Shown: piece by piece, positions 1-7,400 of the stretch
Layout of the letters: each line of letters begins with the position of its first letter
Numbering within the stretch: the first letter of the stretch is position 1
DNA from: a virus
Direction: 5' to 3' (one strand)
Length of the DNA stretch: 38,035 bases
IMG/VR virus record: IMGVR_UViG_3300042922_000169
Coordinates: 1 to 38,035 of that record
Program-made: the position numbers and the translations under genes
The notes under the pieces: model-generated
Seen by the model: the letters and a program-made list of their open reading frames with translations, nothing else
Databases searched by the model: none
What the model was told of the DNA's origin: nothing

Positions 1-127
1 GTTTCCTTGGTGTTACTATTTTTTTCTATCATGTGTTCCTTTTCGAGAACATTCAAAAAATCAAAAACTTTCTTCCGTGACCAGCCCCAACGATCAGCTA
101 ATTTCTTTATGCTTGTGATGCGAGACC
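1..127. repeat. Terminal direct repeat, left copy, identical to 37909..38035
   Basis: Base-by-base comparison: gtttccttggtgttactattttttt...gcttgtgatgcgagacc is found at both ends. A 127-nt length is typical of a k-mer overlap in a circular assembly. Confidence 0.95.
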
Positions 128-287
128 CCCTCTTTACAGTGGTGATCTGGTTGCCATGGAGAAACTCATTATCCTCATGATTGACTAATAGAATTAAATC
201 AACCCATGCCTGTCCTTTGGTGAATGGCTTATCTTCCCATAACCAGTGATCTGTTAACTGCCGGTTTATACTTACCCATCCTTCCAC
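1..287 (-). CDS. Replisome organizer (DnaD-like), N-terminal winged-helix part. The gene is split by the window junction and continues at 37908 down to 37425.
   Basis: GTG at 287 follows the RusA TAG stop directly. Translation is VEGWVSINRQLTDHWLWEDKPFTKGQAWVDLILLVNHEDNEFLHGNQITTVKRGSRITSIKKLADRWGWSRKKVFDFLNVLEKEHMI, which matches the phage replisome-organizer N-terminal motif. It is in frame with ORF 37425..37964 (287+484=771 nt). Confidence 0.7.
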   Translation of the reverse strand, partial: MEGWVSINRQLTDHWLWEDKPFTKGQAWVDLILLVNHEDNEFLHGNQITTVKRGSRITSIKKLADRWGWSRKKVFDFLNVLEKEHMIEKNSNTKE

Positions 288-665
288 CTAATCACCAACC
301 TCTACAATAGTTACCTCGATTCGTGAATTTTTATTGTCGCAAAAGAAATGATCTGAATATCCAGTAACGAACTCCCATCCGTCATTTTTCAAAATACCTG
401 TCTTGACCAGACTGTCTTGGATAACCTTATGTGCGAAGGATGAAATATTATCAAGGTCACGCTTTTTATTTGGCTCGTAGAACTCGTATTTTAGCAATAC
501 AGGCTTCGTAATATGTACATTGCGTAATTGTTGCCTTATCTGCCAAATAATCGTTTCTTCGGCATCCTTTTTCATTTTGGAGCCTTTATATGGATTGGTT
601 CGGTTGGCTGCTGTATAATTATTAAGTCCTTCCAGTCTCCCTATAATAGTTAAACTATATTGCAT
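288..665 (-). CDS. rusA: RusA-family Holliday junction resolvase
   Basis: 125 aa. Motifs LNNYTAANRTNPY, YEFYEPNKKRDLDNISSFAHKVIQDSLVKTGILKNDGW are typical of RusA. RBS GAAAGGAG. Confidence 0.8.
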   Translation of the reverse strand: MQYSLTIIGRLEGLNNYTAANRTNPYKGSKMKKDAEETIIWQIRQQLRNVHITKPVLLKYEFYEPNKKRDLDNISSFAHKVIQDSLVKTGILKNDGWEFVTGYSDHFFCDNKNSRIEVTIVEVGD

Positions 666-742
666 ACTGCTCCTTTCTCCATGTTTCGGATAAGGAGGCC
701 ATGTGGATGTGTGATATGTTATTTACATGACCTCCGGTGGTT

Positions 743-1030
743 CTATAGATATGACCTCTTAAACTCTCGTCTAAAAGAATCTCTATCCCCTATTCTTTGT
801 TCGTATACCGTCTGTCCCCAGCACTTTAAAGCAAGGTCGACTATACGGTTTTTGTGCGGACAATCCGCGCTTCCGGTATGATGTTTGTTACAAAGTGGAA
901 CTACTAAACCATGCTTTTCAGCAATTGGTCTATCTGATGTGCCGAAGAATATATGATGTTCCTCTACTGTTGCATTGAAGCAGAAAATACAATGCTCTTT
1001 ATCATCAATCATAATGCTTTTCTTTAACAT
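743..1030 (-). CDS. Small HNH/Ref-like zinc-binding nuclease (recombination enhancement type)
   Basis: 95 aa. Pattern CIFC...EEHHIFFG...R..AEKHGLVVPLCNKHH...H resembles Ref/DUF968-type HNH proteins. It sits in the recombination module. Confidence 0.5.
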   Translation of the reverse strand: MLKKSIMIDDKEHCIFCFNATVEEHHIFFGTSDRPIAEKHGLVVPLCNKHHTGSADCPHKNRIVDLALKCWGQTVYEQRIGDRDSFRREFKRSYL

Positions 1031-1827
1031 TAAATCTCCCCCAATAATTCAGAGTAGTGGATAGGCTTAGTTAAAACCTTTGTATGCTTGCACCAGTCGC
1101 ATAAACCGCATCTAATCGGCTCAACTTCCCTGCACTTAAGCATCATGATTTTAGGAGTATTCTGTTCAACCTCATAAAGCTTCTCTCTAAGATGGTCATT
1201 ATCAATCTGGATGATCTCAATGTTAGGTTCCTTCTCCTTGGAAGCTGCCGCTATGTAGAAAGGAAGTCTCTTCCCGGTATTCTGATATACTACTTCTTGG
1301 TATACGGCTCCCTGAATGTCATATCCCCAATACTGGGTAAAATCCATATAAACGAAATCTTTAGTATAGAATTGCTTCGTAAGACTCTCCATAACTTTTA
1401 AATCAACTATTGCGATTCCTTCCAGGTAACTATCTATCTTGATTTTCCACTTGGCACTGAATAAATCAGCGGTCATAATAACTTGCTTCTGGCCGGACAT
1501 GAATTTCATGAAATATTCATCACGATAGATACGATTTATAATTTCTTCGGCTCTGCGGTATTCCGCTTTTAATTCACCTTTCTGAGTGAATATTGAAGGG
1601 TTTTTTGCTCTGAAAATATCAAGCGTTCCTTCAAAACTAGCATCTACATATGATCCAACCAGAAGAGCGGTGGTCTGTTCCATTTCCCAGAGCCCATCTA
1701 ATTTCGCAATTGCTTGTTCTTCGCAAGCTGGCTTTCCGAGTGTTCCGGTAAAATCTTTATATTGGCTAACCGAGAGATATTCCCGGCTAGCTTCTTCACT
1801 AAAATAATTTTCATTTGTTAGTATCAT
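1030..1827 (-). CDS. PD-(D/E)XK-family exonuclease (RecE/YqaJ-like functional position)
   Basis: Track ORF 1030..1890. The likely start is MILTNENYF at 1827. N-terminal ENYFSEEASREYLSVSQYKDF plus IVDLK and C-terminal Cys cluster CGLCDWC. It lies next to the annealase. Confidence 0.6.
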   Translation of the reverse strand: MILTNENYFSEEASREYLSVSQYKDFTGTLGKPACEEQAIAKLDGLWEMEQTTALLVGSYVDASFEGTLDIFRAKNPSIFTQKGELKAEYRRAEEIINRIYRDEYFMKFMSGQKQVIMTADLFSAKWKIKIDSYLEGIAIVDLKVMESLTKQFYTKDFVYMDFTQYWGYDIQGAVYQEVVYQNTGKRLPFYIAAASKEKEPNIEIIQIDNDHLREKLYEVEQNTPKIMMLKCREVEPIRCGLCDWCKHTKVLTKPIHYSELLGEI

Positions 1828-2629
1828 TAGCAGCACCTTCTTTCTTGAAAGGATCCTCAGCCGTAGTTGTAATTTTAAAATAATCCTCAACCTTAGCCTG
1901 ATTATTTTTTAATGCATTATAAACGCCCCATAAATCAGTACATTCCTCAGCACCGAAGTCAGCAAGATTTCTACCTGCATACTCTTCTAACTGCGCTTTT
2001 GATACGCAAAAATCTTTTTTAAAGAGCTTTTCAATCTTTGCGATCTTTTCCTGGCTTGGGAGTTCTCCATAACCTTTCTTCTGTGTGGTCTTACATTCTT
2101 CCACTGCCATATCAACAACATCACCAGGAATAACCCCTAGGATGCAAGCTCTCATTCTTCTTGCTCCAAAATTAGCTGTAGCCTCGTAAATATCTCGTGC
2201 ATCTGTAAGGTCTTTTCTGCCTTGTTTGGTGTCTCTAACATGTTCTACGGTAAATATTTTAGTTACTCTTGTATTGGTTTCCAAATCCCAAGCATATGCC
2301 ATCATTTCAGAGGTTCCATTCTTCTGTTCTAACTCAATAACACCATAATCAATATTTCCCCATGTCTGCGCCATTGCCTCGGCTAATCTAATACTTGGTC
2401 CGGATACGTTTTGACCACCACGAGGATACGAATAAATCGCCTGTTCTGCCAAGGACTGCCGTTGGCATGCTCTTTTAATCTTCTCTATGGCCTCATATTC
2501 GTCTCTAGGAAATTTCTTTGCTATAACCATAGCTGCTTGAACTTCCTGAGCTTGTCTTGATATCATCATTTCAGTCTGGCTGCTCTTCGTTGGAGCAAAC
2601 TGATCCTGCATAATTAATTCGTTTCCCAT
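1811..2629 (-). CDS. Single-strand annealing protein (RecT/Bet-like recombinase)
   Basis: 272 aa. The segment YSYPRGGQNVSGPSIRLAEAMAQTWGNIDYG and ...RRMRACILGVIPGDVVD resemble the Bet/RecT core. RBS AGGAGGT. Confidence 0.6.
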   Translation of the reverse strand: MGNELIMQDQFAPTKSSQTEMMISRQAQEVQAAMVIAKKFPRDEYEAIEKIKRACQRQSLAEQAIYSYPRGGQNVSGPSIRLAEAMAQTWGNIDYGVIELEQKNGTSEMMAYAWDLETNTRVTKIFTVEHVRDTKQGRKDLTDARDIYEATANFGARRMRACILGVIPGDVVDMAVEECKTTQKKGYGELPSQEKIAKIEKLFKKDFCVSKAQLEEYAGRNLADFGAEECTDLWGVYNALKNNQAKVEDYFKITTTAEDPFKKEGAANDTNK

Positions 2630-2638
2630 AATTACCTC

Positions 2639-4072
2639 CTAAAATTCAACGATGGTTAAATCTTCATCGTCAGTTGTACGGGTAGCAATAAACTGTAATC
2701 CTTTAGCCTGGCACTTCTCATAAAGCTTATTTCTCAGAACTGTTGACAGCTTCTCAACACCATCAATCAGGATGATTTGTAATCCGTTAGGCTTCTGAAT
2801 AGCCACATCAATGCAAAGATCAAGTTTCTCACCGTCAGAAAGATTAGATACCGGAAGCCCATTAATCAATGGAATACCGTCCTTAACTGTAAGTCCTTTG
2901 ATTGGAATAGTTGCTGTTTCGAGGATCTCCCCAGGAAGCGTTCTAGCCTTTTCAATCTTTCTTGTAAGCTCGGATGATTCAGCAAGCAGCTCTTCAACCT
3001 CATTCTGTAAAATAACCATTCTGTGATATTCATTGATATGTGACTTCATTTTCTCAACCAGTGCGGCCTGCTCAGATAATGCAGCTGTTGACTTGATTTC
3101 TTTGCCTGCATATTCCTTGTATTCTTCAATCTCAGCATCATATTTAGCAACATCCGCTTTATACTTCTGCTCAATAATAGTCAGCTTGTCCGCCTTCTTT
3201 TCTGCAAGTCCTTCCTGTTCCGTTCTTAATGCCTTGATCTGGGCTTCAAGCTTGATAATATCATTAGTAATCTGGCTTGATCTCGTATCAAATTCACGGT
3301 CTAAAGCTGCAATTGCAATTTCTTTATCTGCTTCAAACTTACGAACCTTATTATTACGGTTCTCGATAAGTTGAATAGCTTTTTCAATGGTTTCATTCTC
3401 TTTACGGATACGCTCAATCTCTGTATAGATTTCATTAAGACTTGCATTCTCCCATTTCTCAACCTGATATCCTTCTGGGATATTGGCAGCGATATCCTCA
3501 ATGAATGCATCTTTATTTCTCTTATCACGGTTGATATTCTGTCTACGCTGAAAGTAATACCCCTTATCAGACTGGATATCATTAAGCACCTGGAGAATGT
3601 TCTGGTCATAATTAATATCTGGAACAATCTCACCAAACCATTCCTTGATTGTCTGGATGGACCATGGATATTCAATCATGTCAAGGATGATAGCGTTCTG
3701 CTGTTTCTTATCCATTTCCATAAACTCAACCGGAGACAGCTGCAGCGGAGTGAAAATATCCTTTAAAAATGTTTCCGGGCTTCCAACTTCACGCCCATTC
3801 TGTTTTACGCTCTTATAATCTGCCTGCTGAGTTCTAGGCTTACGGTCGATACGGATACCGTTATCAGTTTCGATCAATATTTCTCCCTCGGTTTCTCCGT
3901 TATGGATTATGTAATCACGATCTGACTTATTGGTTAATGCGAATCTAATCGCATCGATTACAGAAGTCTTTCCAACTCCGTTTTTCCCCTTTAACTCCAC
4001 TGACTTTCCATCTTCTAAATCAAATGCCTTTAAACCGTAAAGGCTCCTAATATTTAATTTTTGCATTCTCAT
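2639..4072 (-). CDS. SbcC/RecF/SMC-like AAA ATPase with long coiled coil
   Basis: 477 aa. Walker A GKNGVGKTS, central heptad-rich region, C-terminal signature/Walker B-like LSDGEKLDLCIDVA...IILIDGVE. Confidence 0.75.
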   Translation of the reverse strand: MRMQKLNIRSLYGLKAFDLEDGKSVELKGKNGVGKTSVIDAIRFALTNKSDRDYIIHNGETEGEILIETDNGIRIDRKPRTQQADYKSVKQNGREVGSPETFLKDIFTPLQLSPVEFMEMDKKQQNAIILDMIEYPWSIQTIKEWFGEIVPDINYDQNILQVLNDIQSDKGYYFQRRQNINRDKRNKDAFIEDIAANIPEGYQVEKWENASLNEIYTEIERIRKENETIEKAIQLIENRNNKVRKFEADKEIAIAALDREFDTRSSQITNDIIKLEAQIKALRTEQEGLAEKKADKLTIIEQKYKADVAKYDAEIEEYKEYAGKEIKSTAALSEQAALVEKMKSHINEYHRMVILQNEVEELLAESSELTRKIEKARTLPGEILETATIPIKGLTVKDGIPLINGLPVSNLSDGEKLDLCIDVAIQKPNGLQIILIDGVEKLSTVLRNKLYEKCQAKGLQFIATRTTDDEDLTIVEF

Positions 4073-4091
4073 AAATTAATTTCCTCGCTCT

Positions 4092-4496
4092 CTATATTTT
4101 CATTAATCTTTCGGCAATCTTACCGGCACAATCCCAACAAATATCTAAATAATCATCCGGGACTAAGTCGGTTGATCCGCAATGCTTACACCTTGGTTTT
4201 TTAAACTTGCTAACAAAGCGTTTGACATCTCTAAATATTTGTGATATTTTACATTTAAAGTTTATTACCCATTGGCCTGTCGGGAGTTGCCGCTCCTGCA
4301 GGTCGTTTTTATTGCTGTAATACTTGTTAATTAGGTACGCATCCAGACCAAATACCACTAAGCCGAAGCCTGTACGGATTAAGAACTGCCGTACTGTTAT
4401 TGTGTCGCACTCTAAGGCTCCAAACTGACCTATTATGTACCATAGCGATACAAGGAATAGTACTGAGGCTATAAAGCCCATTATTTTATTTTTCAA
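4092..4496 (-). CDS. Membrane protein with C-terminal zinc ribbon (unknown function)
   Basis: Preferred start is TTG at 4496, preceded by AGGAGGA-N6. Two hydrophobic helices (FIASVLFLVSLWYIIGQF, GFGLVVFGLDAYLI) and CKHCGS...CWDC. Confidence 0.5.
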   Translation of the reverse strand: MKNKIMGFIASVLFLVSLWYIIGQFGALECDTITVRQFLIRTGFGLVVFGLDAYLINKYYSNKNDLQERQLPTGQWVINFKCKISQIFRDVKRFVSKFKKPRCKHCGSTDLVPDDYLDICWDCAGKIAERLMKI

Positions 4497-4506
4497 GCTT
4501 GTCCTC

Positions 4507-4908
4507 CTATACGATTTTGAAATGCTTTTCCAATATGTTCTTAACCGTGTTATAATCATGATGATTAGAAATTCTTTCCGTTACGATTTTTTTCTGGTAT
4601 CCTCGTGATTGCATTCTTGTTGTTTCTTGATATTTAACCGCCTCACGCATACACGTATTCGCATAATCATAGACCTCAAAGTAAATATCACCAGAATCAT
4701 TTACATTAAATCTTCTCCTAGCTTGATGGAACCATTCCGGGTTGAAATCTCCATAATCTACAGGCCTTGCATCACCATCTTGGCGCTTATATTTCTCCAA
4801 CTCCTCAATAAGCGCCTTGCCTTGAGTTTCCAATGTATCCTCATTATGTTCACAAATAAAACAATGTCTCGAATTGTAATATTGTGAAGTGATTAGTATA
4901 TATTTCAA
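4507..4908 (-). CDS. Hypothetical early protein
   Basis: 133 aa. TTG start preceded by AGGAGGA-N6. No recognisable motif. Confidence 0.45.
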   Translation of the reverse strand: MKYILITSQYYNSRHCFICEHNEDTLETQGKALIEELEKYKRQDGDARPVDYGDFNPEWFHQARRRFNVNDSGDIYFEVYDYANTCMREAVKYQETTRMQSRGYQKKIVTERISNHHDYNTVKNILEKHFKIV

Positions 4909-4920
4909 TGGTTGTCCTCC

Positions 4921-5322
4921 TTAATCAATGTTATCGAGGTTAACCGGAATCCACATTTTAGGATTATAGTTAAGCGTATATTTGTATTTAGATACATTGT
5001 TAATGTCCATGTCCTCAACTACATATGTAACGTTGTCACTCAGTCCGATAAAATGCTTTTTATAGGTTCCATATTCATCCTCAACGATAATTTCAAGCTG
5101 ATTATCTGCCATATCTGCCGTTATTGACATCTTCCCGGACATTTGGAACAATACATCACCTTCTAGGCAGTTGATAACCGTGATCTGTCTTACAACATTG
5201 AAATTATCCGCCTGCTGAGACAAATTATAGGAAACCCTATCCGCTTCACTCTCACACCCTGTAAATGTCAAACCAATCATTGCAATTACTAAAATTATTC
5301 CTAATACTCTTTTCATTCTCAT
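4921..5322 (-). CDS. Lipoprotein (beta-rich, unknown function)
   Basis: Signal peptide plus lipobox MRMKRVLGIILVIAMIGLTFTGC. RBS AAGGAGAT. Confidence 0.65.
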   Translation of the reverse strand: MRMKRVLGIILVIAMIGLTFTGCESEADRVSYNLSQQADNFNVVRQITVINCLEGDVLFQMSGKMSITADMADNQLEIIVEDEYGTYKKHFIGLSDNVTYVVEDMDINNVSKYKYTLNYNPKMWIPVNLDNID

Positions 5323-5328
5323 ATCTCC

Positions 5329-5478
5329 TTATCTACCTTTCATTTTTTTATTTTGAAATGCGATGAAATTTTTCTTTGCATCACCTTTTGTAACGAACAG
5401 CTTTTCTACTCTAATTATTCTATCCTGGTACTTCATTTCCTTTTCGTTCAGTGGCTTGTCCTCCTTTACATCCTGCAT
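5329..5478 (-). CDS. Possible small protein (49 aa)
   Basis: Open frame MQDVKEDKPLNEKEMKYQDRIIRVEKLFVTKGDAKKNFIAFQNKKMKGR fills the gap between Rha and the lipoprotein gene. The AGGAGG abuts the ATG, which is poor spacing. Confidence 0.25.
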   Translation of the reverse strand: MQDVKEDKPLNEKEMKYQDRIIRVEKLFVTKGDAKKNFIAFQNKKMKGR

Positions 5479-5526
5479 CCTCCTTTCCCTTAACTGATAC
5501 GATGTTACTCAATTACATTCTTCTTT

Positions 5527-6186
5527 CTAACTGGCTTCCAGATATGCCAAGTCTTTAAACATATCCAATCTCTTTTTACAATCTTGATAAATATCCTTAT
5601 AATGCTTGTCCGTAATTATCCCGGCATCAACTACATGCAGTATGATATTTTCGATTAAGGACAGATTATTAAGCTGTGCAATTGTGGCAGCATCCCGATC
5701 CGTGATCCCGGCTACTTTATTAGCTAGTTTAGAATAGGTCATATAAAGCTTATCCGCATGTGTACTGCCTTGACCCTGTGCGTAGTCTACTAACTTCTGG
5801 ATCGTGTCCGTTTCGGCTTTTCTGGTTAGCTTGCCTTGGTATCTGGTGGCTATCCATTCATTGGACTGGCGTTCCAGAATGAAACGGCGCATTTCGTAGA
5901 ATTGACGAACAAGTTCTTTTTTGAATTCTATAACCCTCGGAGAGTTACCAAGGAATGTCATCAATAGCGTTGCTTGTGGTTCGTTTAAGTAATAGCATTT
6001 TGCATGCCTCGTACCCGCTTCATTAGTGGATTTCAAGTAGTCTGACAATTCGCCGAATGATTCAAAATACGCTGTGTATTTATTTAATAACTTTGCGACC
6101 GCTTGGTGTGAATTACCTGTCATTTCTGAAATTATCCAACTATCAGTAAAAACATCATTTCCTTTTAGAGAAACTAAGTTGTTCAA
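5527..6186 (-). CDS. Rha-family phage regulatory protein
   Basis: 219 aa. N-terminal VFTDSWIISEMTGNSHQAVAKLLNKY...FESFGEL matches the Phage_pRha pattern. The C-terminal part resembles the ORF6C/antirepressor-like region. Confidence 0.75.
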   Translation of the reverse strand: MNNLVSLKGNDVFTDSWIISEMTGNSHQAVAKLLNKYTAYFESFGELSDYLKSTNEAGTRHAKCYYLNEPQATLLMTFLGNSPRVIEFKKELVRQFYEMRRFILERQSNEWIATRYQGKLTRKAETDTIQKLVDYAQGQGSTHADKLYMTYSKLANKVAGITDRDAATIAQLNNLSLIENIILHVVDAGIITDKHYKDIYQDCKKRLDMFKDLAYLEAS

Positions 6187-6266
6187 TTGTTGCTCCTTTC
6201 TGCTTGACGCATATTAAAGATTCGATTTTAAATAGAACCTTTCTTGCTTGTCCACTAAGTATCCGC

Positions 6267-6428
6267 TTATGCGGATTTATCTTTTCGTCTATACCCTATT
6301 GATTGAACGGCTCTGTCATTTAAAATTATGGAAATTTCTCTTTGCTTTTCTTTGGACAAACTATCCCACGGCACATCAGAGCCATTAATATTTATGAAAA
6401 GTTTGTATGTAATTTCTTTTTTTGCCAT
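6267..6428 (-). CDS. Small hypothetical protein (53 aa)
   Basis: MAKKEITYKLFININGSDVPWDSLSKEKQREISIILNDRAVQSIGYRRKDKSA. AGGAGG lies 6 nt upstream of the ATG. It is below the size cutoff of the ORF track. Confidence 0.45.
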   Translation of the reverse strand: MAKKEITYKLFININGSDVPWDSLSKEKQREISIILNDRAVQSIGYRRKDKSA

Positions 6429-6487
6429 AACGCACCTCCTGTGATATATGTTATGCGTGAGAAGTTGTACTTGTTGCTATTAAATTA

Positions 6488-6742
6488 CTATGCGCACTCT
6501 TCTTGTAGTTCGTGTTTCTGAACTTTTGGAGTAAAAAAATATAGAGGTATTTCGTCAATGCTCAACTCCAATACTTCGCACGCGTTTTTCATCTCGCTTC
6601 TTGACCAATCGAGATAGTTATTTAATCTCTGGCTCAGCGACACTTTACCCATTCCGATACGCTTAGCAAACTTGTTTTGTGTTCCACATTTTTCTTTTAT
6701 TTTACCCCTAAGTTTGCTATAGTCGAATTGTTCTAATGCCAT
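6488..6742 (-). CDS. Cro-like HTH regulator (DUF739/XRE type)
   Basis: Likely start is MALEQFDYSKLRGKIKEK at 6742 with RBS AAAGGAGGAA. HTH segment QNKFAKRIGMGKVSLSQRLN. Divergent from the CI-like gene. Confidence 0.75.
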   Translation of the reverse strand: MALEQFDYSKLRGKIKEKCGTQNKFAKRIGMGKVSLSQRLNNYLDWSRSEMKNACEVLELSIDEIPLYFFTPKVQKHELQEECA

Positions 6743-6760
6743 CAAGTTTCCTCCTTTCGT

Positions 6761-6870
6761 TCTTGTTTCTGAACTCATCTTATCACCCTTTGCATCATAG
6801 TGTCAAGGGCCTATTTCTTGTTTCTGAACTTTTTTTATTGCGAGACAATTTTTTGTTGCGTTTTCTGAAC
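6761..6870. promoter_or_regulatory. Operator array of the genetic switch: direct copies of core TTTCTGAAC
   Basis: TCTTGTTTCTGAACT is identical at 6761-6775 and 6816-6830 (55 bp apart). GTTTTCTGAAC is at 6860-6870, inside the rightward promoter spacer. A fourth copy, GTGTTTCTGAACT, is at 6512-6524 inside the 3' end of cro. Confidence 0.55.
6777..6806 (-). promoter_or_regulatory. Early leftward promoter (PR-like)
   Basis: On the minus strand: TTGACA (6801-6806), 18-nt spacer, TGaTAAGAT extended -10 (6777-6782). A 15-mer operator copy lies just downstream (6761-6775). Confidence 0.55.
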
Positions 6871-6884
6871 AATTGTGTTAATAT
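6856..6884 (+). promoter_or_regulatory. Rightward promoter for the CI-like repressor and integrase (PRM-like)
   Basis: TTGCGT (6856-6861), 17 nt, TAATAT (6879-6884), about 35 nt upstream of the repressor ATG. Confidence 0.45.
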
Positions 6885-6919
6885 GTAAAAAATAGTTATT
6901 ATACAGAAAGAGGATTGAT

Positions 6920-7378
6920 ATGAAAACAACTGCTGATAGAATTAAAGAAGCCTTGGATTTAAGAGGGATGAAACAAGCTGACTTAGTAGAAAAGACAGGT
7001 ATCGGGAAATCTTCAATTAGCACTTATATATCTGGCAGCTATGAACCAAAGCAACGCAACATATACAAAATAGCAAAAGCGCTTGATGTTAGCGAACCTT
7101 GGCTTATGGGGTTTGATGTTCCCATGGAGAGAACTTCTATGTCTCAATCAGATGAAAGTCCTGTAATGAAGGCTTTACTTAATTCAGATAACAAAAATTC
7201 AGCAATAACAGAAAAGTTTATAATGAAAAAACTAGCAGATAACATAGAGTTTGAATCGTTAGATTTTCATATGCTATCAGAATTCAAAAAACTTAATACC
7301 GAAGGTAAAAAAGAAGCCATTAACAGAATCATGGAATTAACTTTTGTGCCTAAATACGCAAAAGATTGTGTTGAGTAA
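6920..7378 (+). CDS. CI-like XRE-family repressor without an S24 peptidase domain
   Basis: 152 aa. N-terminal HTH RIKEALDLRGMKQADLVEKTGIGKSSISTYISG. The C-terminal ~80 aa is helical with no Ser/Lys peptidase motifs and no Ala-Gly site. Confidence 0.8.
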   Translation: MKTTADRIKEALDLRGMKQADLVEKTGIGKSSISTYISGSYEPKQRNIYKIAKALDVSEPWLMGFDVPMERTSMSQSDESPVMKALLNSDNKNSAITEKFIMKKLADNIEFESLDFHMLSEFKKLNTEGKKEAINRIMELTFVPKYAKDCVE

Positions 7379-7400
7379 TCTATTATAAGGGGGGTAAGAA

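Noticed and set aside
660-881. 73-aa plus-strand ORF spanning the RusA / Ref-like junction
   Set aside because: It overlaps two well-supported minus-strand genes in antisense and has no RBS.
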